Both the position numbers and the translations under genes were made by a program. Below are positions 25,656-32,000 of a stretch of DNA of 32,000 nt, piece by piece; the first letter of the stretch is position 1; each line of letters opens with the position of its first letter. The stretch comes from Chloroflexota bacterium. Its GTDB lineage: Bacteria > Chloroflexota > Dehalococcoidia > Lucifugimonadales > JADFKI01. Location of the stretch: positions 1-32,000 of the forward strand of contig JADFKI010000004.1 in assembly GCA_022565015.1 (NCBI GenBank), given 5' to 3'. The notes below the pieces were generated by a model, which saw only the letters and a program-made list of their open reading frames with translations, was not told the DNA's origin and made no database searches.

Positions 25656-25888
25656 GGCCACTCCTTAAGCGCCGATGACCCTACGTTACCATATAAACCC
25701 GAACTCCTTCAACTCGGCTGCTGTAGGCTCCAGCCTCATAACGAAGCCGCCCAACGATTATCGTTAGGCCGCTGACGGTCGCACCAATGGCAAGGGCATA
25801 AACCGGCGTTCAGGCTCACCCCATCTAATGAAGACATAGTTTCTTTAACGATGGACTGGTGGAACAGGCCGGGCCAAGTCTATGGTCT

Positions 25889-25930
25889 CCCGAGGGCAAC
25901 TCCTTGGCGCAAGGTCGTTATTGCCCTCGG
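25889..25930. terminator. Strong hairpin downstream of the 192-aa gene
   Basis: CCGAGGGCAA (25889-25898) pairs with TTGCCCTCGG (25921-25930), with an inner CCTTG-GCG-CAAGG stem. There is no clear U-tract. Confidence 0.4.
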
Positions 25931-25952
25931 AAGACGCCGTGAAATTTCGGCT

Positions 25953-26531
25953 CTATTCAGCAGGTTCAAATGTATCCCGCATCCCAATGTTAGCTTCGTC
26001 CAAGTCTGAGACCTCTCCGAGAAGGTTTAGGCCGCATACCTCGGCTTCTACGATCTCTACCTCGTTGACTTCCAGACTGTCCTGACGTTTAATCGGGTCT
26101 CCCTCTTCATTGAAAAAGGTCCTGACTTGGGTACGATATTCCCCGCCTTGCCACTTCCACTCGATGGATATCTCGCCACAGCCTTCCACATCGAATGCCT
26201 TCACTTCCGCTTCAGCCTCGATAGGGACGCCATCTTCGTTGAATCGAAGCTCAATCTTGGCGTCGTCGCCATTAGAAAGGTCCAACTCCTTCTCCGCCCG
26301 ACCAAACGGCAACTGAAGTTCTACCGTCCACGTATCCCCATCAAATTCGAATTCAACCCCAAAAGGGCCAAAGGTAGTGTCGGCCCCGATCTCCGCACGT
26401 AGAACCTGCTCGGCCAGTTCCCACTCAACTTCCCCATTGTTGGCAGTTGCCGCCGTCATTCCAAAGCCTGCTATTATGCCAATCGAGGCAACGGCCAGTC
26501 CAGCTATCAGCGCGACCAACTTGATGTTCAT
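25953..26531 (-). CDS. Hypothetical exported or membrane-anchored, highly acidic protein (192 aa)
   Basis: AAGGAGGAG lies 5 nt upstream of the ATG. The N-terminus is MNIK plus a ~22-residue hydrophobic stretch plus TAATA (signal peptide or anchor). The remainder is rich in D/E with alternating beta-like patterns. Confidence 0.65.
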   Translation of the reverse strand: MNIKLVALIAGLAVASIGIIAGFGMTAATANNGEVEWELAEQVLRAEIGADTTFGPFGVEFEFDGDTWTVELQLPFGRAEKELDLSNGDDAKIELRFNEDGVPIEAEAEVKAFDVEGCGEISIEWKWQGGEYRTQVRTFFNEEGDPIKRQDSLEVNEVEIVEAEVCGLNLLGEVSDLDEANIGMRDTFEPAE

Positions 26532-26944
26532 TTGCTCCTCCTTATTTCATTTTTGTACTTACGCCCATATGATTCGAAGACCTTCCTAGGATTTCCAGAT
26601 GTGACACAAAGGTTCATGGAGACGGTTTCCAAAAAGGCCATATACCGGCGGTTCGACGGTGCCCCTGCACGCCACCACCGAGTATCTACGAATATGGAGT
26701 CGTCAGATTACGCTTCGAGTTCATAATGCTCGAGAAGGTTACAAAGTAAGGAAGAAGGAAGATCAATGTAGGTCAATCTGAGGCTTTGGCTACAGCAAGC
26801 GCAGTATATATGAGGCCTTACAATGAGTCAATCTAGCGTTGCTTCGATTGCTAATGACGAGGCAACACGTCGATGCGAATCGATCGAGGCGATTTCACTC
26901 ACGCTGATCGAGGCACGGATGCTGAACGAAATCGGGAAGAAGAA

Positions 26945-28789
26945 CTACTCGACGGTTACGGACTTGGCGAGATTGCGGGGCTGGTCCACGTCGCAGCCTC
27001 GTCGTACGGCGATGTGATACGCAATCAGCTGCGCCGGAATCACATTTAAGATGGGATACATGTCCGGAGAGGCCTCTGGCAGATAGATTACGTCGTCGGC
27101 ACGCTCCCTTATGCTCTCGTCGCCCTCGGTGGCGATTGCAATTACGATGCCGCCCCGGGCCTTCACCTCGTTGACGTTGCTCAGCATCTTTTCGTAAAGG
27201 CTGTCTTTCGGCATCAGCGCGACGACGGGCATCTCCTCGTCTATCAACGAAATCGGCCCGTGCTTCATCTCGCCCGCGGGGTAGCCCTCGGCGTGGATGT
27301 AGCTGAGCTCCTTGAGCTTGAGAGCGCCCTCCATGGCCAGCGGATAATTGATGCCCCTTCCTAAAAAGAGAAAGTCCGATCGGGAATACCAGCGTTGAGC
27401 GAGGGTCTCATACTGCCTCTCTTCGGAGAGAAGCCTTCCAAGCATGTCGGGCAACCGTGCGAGGTCGCGAACATGCGCCTCAAGCTGGTCTTTATTCACA
27501 GTCCCGCGCTTGACGCCCATGTAAAGGGCCAGCATATACAGCGAAATGAGAGAGCAGGTAAACGTCTTGCTGGATGCCACGCCTATTTCGAGGCCCGCAC
27601 GCAGGAGTATGGTCCCGTCCGCGACCCGGGTGGTCTGCGTTCCCGCGTAGTTGCACAGGGTCAGCTGCCGTACTCCCTTACGCTTGGCCTCGTCCATGGC
27701 GGCGAGGGTGTCTGCCGTTTCGCCGGACTGAGATATGGAGATCACCAGGGTGTTTTCCGAAAGGACCGGGTCCCGGTACCTAAATTCGGAGGAGTTGTCG
27801 GATTCCGCTGGAATTCTCGCCAGCGACTCGATCCACAACCTGCCCACCATGGCCGCGTGTAGGCTGGTGCCCATGCCAACCAGAATTACCCTGTCGAAAT
27901 TCCTGACCTCTTCGTCCGAAAACGGAAAGTCCTCGAGGTCTATGGACATGTCATCGAAGGAGACACGCCCTCGGAGCGCGTCGATCGCCACTTCGGGCTG
28001 CTCGTGGATCTCCTTCAGCATGAAATGCTTGTATTCGCCCTTCGCCGAGGTCAGGGCGTCATAGGACACGTGCATGGGCGTCTTTTCGGTCGCGGTGCCG
28101 TCCAACTGATGGTACGACGCGTTGTCCCGCGTGACGGTCACCATCTCGCCGCCCGCAAGGTAGACTATATCCCGCGTGTGCGGCAGCAGCGCGGGGAGAT
28201 CGCTGGCAAGCAACATCTCATCCTTGCCGTACCCCACGACGATTCCGCCGGCGTTTCCGAGCTTGAAGGAGACGATCTTTCCAGGCTCACTCTTCGACAT
28301 CACAACGACGGCGTTGGCGCCACTCATACGATTCGCCGTCGCGCGAACGGCATCTTCCAGTGAGTACTCTTCCAATATGAAAGACTCGATCAGATGGGGA
28401 ATGCACTCGGCATCCGTCTGAGATGAGAACTGGTGGCCCCCGGCAATGAGCTCCCGCTTGAGGTCCAGGTAGTTCTCGACGATGCCGTTGTGGACTACCA
28501 TTACGTCGCCGCCGCAGTCGGTGTGAGGATGTGCGTTGAAGTCCGTGGGGCCTCCGTGAGTGGCCCAGCGAGTGTGGCCGATGCCGCTGGTGCCCTCAGG
28601 ATGGCCGTTTTCGAGGATCTTCTTCAGGTTTTCGAGCTTGCCCGCCGCCTTGTGGATGCTGGGCTCGCCCGCGGAGTCGATGACGGCGATGCCCGCGCTA
28701 TCGTAGCCCCTGTATTCGAGGCTGGTCAGGCCGTCAAGGATTATCTGCGTAGCCGCCCTGTTGCCCGTATAACCGATTATGCCGCACAT
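26945..28789 (-). CDS. glmS: Glutamine--fructose-6-phosphate aminotransferase (isomerizing)
   Basis: Contains the N-terminal nucleophile MCGIIGY, two SIS domains and the C-terminal ...DQPRNLAKSVTVE. Confidence 0.97.
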   Translation of the reverse strand: MCGIIGYTGNRAATQIILDGLTSLEYRGYDSAGIAVIDSAGEPSIHKAAGKLENLKKILENGHPEGTSGIGHTRWATHGGPTDFNAHPHTDCGGDVMVVHNGIVENYLDLKRELIAGGHQFSSQTDAECIPHLIESFILEEYSLEDAVRATANRMSGANAVVVMSKSEPGKIVSFKLGNAGGIVVGYGKDEMLLASDLPALLPHTRDIVYLAGGEMVTVTRDNASYHQLDGTATEKTPMHVSYDALTSAKGEYKHFMLKEIHEQPEVAIDALRGRVSFDDMSIDLEDFPFSDEEVRNFDRVILVGMGTSLHAAMVGRLWIESLARIPAESDNSSEFRYRDPVLSENTLVISISQSGETADTLAAMDEAKRKGVRQLTLCNYAGTQTTRVADGTILLRAGLEIGVASSKTFTCSLISLYMLALYMGVKRGTVNKDQLEAHVRDLARLPDMLGRLLSEERQYETLAQRWYSRSDFLFLGRGINYPLAMEGALKLKELSYIHAEGYPAGEMKHGPISLIDEEMPVVALMPKDSLYEKMLSNVNEVKARGGIVIAIATEGDESIRERADDVIYLPEASPDMYPILNVIPAQLIAYHIAVRRGCDVDQPRNLAKSVTVE

Positions 28790-28857
28790 GAATATCCCCT
28801 GGGATTACGACCGGTACATTGCTTCATGTTTGATTATCGGCAACGCCACAACCCTTT

Positions 28858-29523
28858 TCAATGCCTATTTTGTGCAGTGGAGACCGGCTTTTTGGCGTAG
28901 GCGCCCTGGTATTGCTCAGGCAAAAGCTCGGCTATTTTCCCCATAATGAGCAGGGTCATGGAATCCAGGTCTTCCTTGGCGGGTCTTCCTTCGATCTCAG
29001 GCAACCGGAAGGTCTTCCCAATGCTTACCCGTATGGCGCCCGTCGGGAAAAAGACCCTCGCCCAGGAACCCATTCTCTCCGTGCCCGTTATCCCCACGGG
29101 GAGAATGGGAGTTCCGGCCCGCAAGGCTATCTGGGCGACGCCTTGCTTGGCCTCTCTCATCCCATTCTGAGAACGGGTGCCTTCCGGAAACAGGACCACG
29201 GCCTTGTCATTCTTGAGCTGGTCGACGACCCATCGGTACGCCCGCACGTCCGTGCCTTCCCTGTTGACTGAAAAGGCGCCGTAGCTCGCCAGGAACCACT
29301 TGGCGAAGGCCCCTCTGAACAGGCCCGACTTCGCAAGAAAGTAGACTCGGCGAGGGATGCTGGACACCAACATGGGCGGATCGATGTTCCCCAGATGATT
29401 GGACACGATTATCAGCGCCCCGGTGGCAGGCACGTTTTCCTTTCCGGCGACTTCATATTCCGCGAACAGCTTCAGCGCCGTTACCTGGACAAAATGGGAT
29501 ATCTTATAGACCCAGTCGTTCAA
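28858..29523 (-). CDS. plsC: 1-acyl-sn-glycerol-3-phosphate acyltransferase
   Basis: Contains the NHLGNID (H-x4-D) and FPEGTRS motifs. The TTG start overlaps the cmk stop (TTGA). Confidence 0.85.
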   Translation of the reverse strand: MNDWVYKISHFVQVTALKLFAEYEVAGKENVPATGALIIVSNHLGNIDPPMLVSSIPRRVYFLAKSGLFRGAFAKWFLASYGAFSVNREGTDVRAYRWVVDQLKNDKAVVLFPEGTRSQNGMREAKQGVAQIALRAGTPILPVGITGTERMGSWARVFFPTGAIRVSIGKTFRLPEIEGRPAKEDLDSMTLLIMGKIAELLPEQYQGAYAKKPVSTAQNRH

Positions 29524-30188
29524 ATTCGCTCCACCCGCTCCATGATCAAGGCCACGACCTCTTCCACGGAAAGCGAGTCCGTGTCGATTTCCAGTGCGTC
29601 GTCCGCCGGCCGCAGCGGCGAGTCCGCTCGCTCGGTGTCCTGCGTGTCCCTTAGTTTCAGGTCAATGCTCACCTGTCTCAAGTCCGTGGTTATCCCCTTC
29701 TCCAGGTTCTCCCTGTGCCTGCGCTGCGCCCGGACCTGGGACGACGCCATCAAAAATACCTTGACCTTTGCGTCCGGCAATACGACGGTACCTATGTCCC
29801 TTCCCACCATGACAATGGGTCCCTGGTCCGCGACCGCGCGCTGCTGCGGCACCATCGCCCTTCGCACGCCTGAGACGGCGGATACGTCCGAGACGCCCCT
29901 GTCGATTTCCAGTCGCCGTAGCAGGTCTGTTACGTCTCTGCTGTCCACCAGCAGCCTGTCGGAGCCGCTATTTACGACGAGCCGAATCTCGATGGTTTCC
30001 GCCAGCTCTTGAAGCGCGTACTCGTCCTTCAGGCCGATATTTCGGTCCAGCGCCGCCCATGTAACGGCCCGATACATATTGCCCGTATCCAGGAACCTGG
30101 ACTTGAGCCGGCTTGCCAGCTCCTTGCCCACGACCGTCTTCCCCGACGCTGCGGGCCCGTCGATTGCTATTGTTGGCTTTCCGCTCAA
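29520..30188 (-). CDS. cmk: (d)CMP kinase
   Basis: Contains the IAIDGPAASGKT P-loop and LDTGNMYRA. TTG start. Confidence 0.9.
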   Translation of the reverse strand: MSGKPTIAIDGPAASGKTVVGKELASRLKSRFLDTGNMYRAVTWAALDRNIGLKDEYALQELAETIEIRLVVNSGSDRLLVDSRDVTDLLRRLEIDRGVSDVSAVSGVRRAMVPQQRAVADQGPIVMVGRDIGTVVLPDAKVKVFLMASSQVRAQRRHRENLEKGITTDLRQVSIDLKLRDTQDTERADSPLRPADDALEIDTDSLSVEEVVALIMERVERI

Positions 30189-30258
30189 TACCTTACGTCC
30201 ATCGAGATTCTCCGAACATTATATCGGAACGCGAGCATCGTCCAAAGCATTTTACCGG

Positions 30259-31605
30259 TCACGTCTCGAATCGGTCCAAAAGCCTCTCGCGGAAGTCTTC
30301 CTCGTATTCGATGATGCGTCCCTGCCGCTTCTGGTCTTCCAGCGACAAAATGGTCGGCTGTCGCGGATTAATCGGCTCGTCTCCGATGACGCCCTGCTCC
30401 TCCAGCGTCCTTACGTCATCGTGCGACATACCGAGGATCTCTTGAAGCACCTTGTGATTGTGCCTGCCAAGGATGGGCGCCGGAGTCCTGGCGCCGCCGG
30501 GCGTGCGAGAGAGCCTCCAGGGACGGCTTGCGTATGGGAGCACCGGCATTCCGGTGGTCTCGTCGTGCCGGACCAGCTCGTAGAAGCCACGGTCCTTCAG
30601 GTGAGCATCGAACAGCATCTGCTTGCCGTTCAGAACGGCCCCGGCGGGCACTCCGCGTTGCTGGAGGGAACGCATGAGCTCGTGCTGGTCCCAACGGACG
30701 GTCGCGGCCTCGATTAGCTCGTCCAGCTCGACTCGGTTCGCCAGACGCACCTGTGCGTGCTCGAACCTTGGGCCGGCGGATTGCCCGGCCATTCCCAGGA
30801 CCTCGCATAGACCGCGCCATTCATCGTCGGTCTGCGCCGCGATGGCGATCCAGCGGTCCTCGCCCTTGCAGGGGTAACACCCGTGCGGGGCCGTATTTTG
30901 GTCTCCGTTGCCGATGCGTTTCGGAGTCCTGCCGTTCACGGTGAAATCAAGCATGGCCTCGGGAATCGTCGACGTAAGGGTCTCGGACTGTGAGACGTCA
31001 ATGAACTGGCCCCGGCCGGTGTTGGCGCGGTAGACAAGCGCGGCCATTACGGCGAAGACGGTGTGCTCGGCGGCGGTGTAGTCGGCGTAGGGGATCTCCG
31101 GCAGAATGGGTGGGCCGTCCTCATACCCAGTGATGTGGGCCAGTCCGGACGCGGCCTCGGTCGTGTAGCCAATGGCGCCGAAGTCGGCCCAGGGGCCTAC
31201 GTACCCGTAGCCCGTCGAGGAGACCATGATGATGTCCGGCTTCAGCTTGCGGATGTCATCGTACTCCAGGCCGAAGTTGCGCATGACCCTGGGCGTAAAG
31301 TTCTCGGCGAACACGTCGCTGACGCATAACAGCTCCTTGAGAGCGTCCAGGCCCTCGGACTTCGTCAGGTCCAGGGTCAGGCTCATCTTGTTGCGGTTCT
31401 GCTCGTAGAAGTTCGCGGCCCGGTCCCAGAACCTGCCTTCGTCCGTGTTGCCGTAGATCGAGCTCGTGCGATAGCCGTCAAGGCGCACGCAGGACTCGAT
31501 TCGAATCACCTCCGCACCCATGTCGGCGAGCAGCTTGCACGCGTGTGGAATCGCTATGAGCTGGCCCATCTCGACGATTCTCACGCCCTTTAATGGAAGG
31601 GTCAA
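30259..31605 (-). CDS. Family-III (CaiB/BaiF-type) CoA-transferase
   Basis: Contains PLKGVRIVEMGQLIAIPHACKLLADMGAEVIRIE. I place the start at TTG 31605 (MTLPLKG...), 1 nt after the upstream paralog's TGA, rather than at 31719, which would overlap that gene by 113 nt. Confidence 0.8.
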   Translation of the reverse strand: MTLPLKGVRIVEMGQLIAIPHACKLLADMGAEVIRIESCVRLDGYRTSSIYGNTDEGRFWDRAANFYEQNRNKMSLTLDLTKSEGLDALKELLCVSDVFAENFTPRVMRNFGLEYDDIRKLKPDIIMVSSTGYGYVGPWADFGAIGYTTEAASGLAHITGYEDGPPILPEIPYADYTAAEHTVFAVMAALVYRANTGRGQFIDVSQSETLTSTIPEAMLDFTVNGRTPKRIGNGDQNTAPHGCYPCKGEDRWIAIAAQTDDEWRGLCEVLGMAGQSAGPRFEHAQVRLANRVELDELIEAATVRWDQHELMRSLQQRGVPAGAVLNGKQMLFDAHLKDRGFYELVRHDETTGMPVLPYASRPWRLSRTPGGARTPAPILGRHNHKVLQEILGMSHDDVRTLEEQGVIGDEPINPRQPTILSLEDQKRQGRIIEYEEDFRERLLDRFET

Positions 31606-31606
31606 T

Positions 31607-32000
31607 TCACACCGTTCCCGAGGCCCTGAGTCTTCGTAGCTCCTCCGAGGTATAGCCCAGCCTCTCGCAATATATCTCTTCGTTATGCTGACCAAGGCCG
31701 GGAGCCGGAGCGTGGGCACGCCAGGGTGTGCGACTCATGGCGAACGGCGCGCCGGGATAGCTTGCCTTGCCGATTTCCGGGTGATCGACCTCGCTGAAGT
31801 AGCCCCTGGCGACGTATTGTGGACTCTCGACCACCTCGTTGGGCGCCTGCACGACGCCGTAGATGTGGCCCCTGCGTTTGTGGGCCTCGTAAAACAGCTC
31901 GTATTTGTTCCAGGATTGAAACGCCTCGATGAGGATGTCCTGAAGCTCCCGGGCGTTGTCGAGCCGTCCCTGGGGCGTCGAGAACCTCTCCTCCTTCAGC
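31607..32000 (-). CDS. Family-III CoA-transferase, C-terminal part (5' end lies beyond the window)
   Basis: The frame is open from 32000 down to the TGA at 31607-31609. The C-terminal PGAPF..S.TP....APGLGQHNEEI motif is typical of CaiB-like enzymes. Confidence 0.8.
   Translation of the reverse strand, partial: LKEERFSTPQGRLDNARELQDILIEAFQSWNKYELFYEAHKRRGHIYGVVQAPNEVVESPQYVARGYFSEVDHPEIGKASYPGAPFAMSRTPWRAHAPAPGLGQHNEEIYCERLGYTSEELRRLRASGTV

Noticed and set aside
26640-26690. A tRNA-like fragment, considered because of a GGTTCGA T-loop-like string, as a possible integration-site remnant in the glmS-downstream islet.
   Set aside because: The flanking bases do not form a 5-bp T-stem or an acceptor stem. 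The match is an isolated heptamer only.
26850-26944. Tn7-type transposon end (TGT... terminal repeats, TnsB-binding 22-mers) at the canonical distance downstream of glmS.
   Set aside because: There is no TGTGG-type terminus about 20-30 nt after the stop, no repeated 22-mer arrays and no tns genes in the window. The islet idea is kept only as a compositional observation.
26823-27017. A plus-strand 64-aa ORF in the glmS-downstream spacer.
   Set aside because: It runs into and overlaps the glmS 3' coding end on the opposite strand, has no RBS, and has no recognisable features.
28790-28857. A glmS ribozyme upstream of glmS.
   Set aside because: Only 68 nt separate the plsC stop from the glmS ATG, which is far too short for the ~170-nt ribozyme. 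No conserved core is visible. glmS looks co-transcribed with cmk-plsC.
31606-31719. The ORF-track start (31719) for the downstream CoA-transferase, which would give a 113-nt overlap with the upstream paralog.
   Set aside because: The extra 38 residues (MPTLRLPALVSITKRYIARGWAIPRRSYEDSGPRERCE) have no counterpart in CaiB-family N-termini. These normally begin a few residues before the P-L-x-G-(V/I)-R-V motif. TTG 31605, right after the upstream stop, fits better.

Overview
High-GC (roughly 60% by eye), compact bacterial chromosomal segment. I see no rRNA, CRISPR array, transposase, integrase, phage or recognisable defence genes. Layout: (i) 45-264, two minus-strand tRNA genes (Val-CAC, Met-CAT) with a good sigma70-like promoter. 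(ii) 0.4-7.9 kb, a block of catabolic-type enzymes rich in paralog pairs: an MBL-fold hydrolase, two luciferase-like (LLM) flavin/F420 oxidoreductases, a DinB/MDMPI-like protein and two tandem class-III aminotransferases. (iii) A NYN-domain protein, purA and a visibly lower-GC ATP-grasp gene. (iv) From 12.1 kb to the window end every gene is on the minus strand: dapA, asd, a triple-zinc-ribbon RDD membrane protein, dapB, pnp, rpsO, an ASST-like beta-propeller, a VOC protein, an alpha/beta hydrolase, an amidase preceded by a tiny GatC-like ORF, a frameshifted MFS transporter, two orphan genes in a lower-GC islet just downstream of glmS, glmS, plsC, cmk, and two tandem family-III CoA-transferases (the last runs off the window). 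The enzyme repertoire (several LLM, CaiB-type CoA-transferases, transaminases, amidase, ASST) is reminiscent of marine Chloroflexota of the SAR202 type, but that is inference only. I do not find a clear multi-gene novel system. The things worth a second look are: a family of CTCCC-loop-GGGAG / CACCCTC intergenic repeat elements, including an ~80-100 nt duplication (with the 3' end of a gene) that brackets the DinB-like gene; a GatC/AtzG-like micro-ORF paired with the amidase; an ~83-aa acidic plus RGG-rich tail on PNPase; compositionally atypical islets at the glmS 3' end and around the ATP-grasp gene; and two long, structured spacers upstream of purA and asd.
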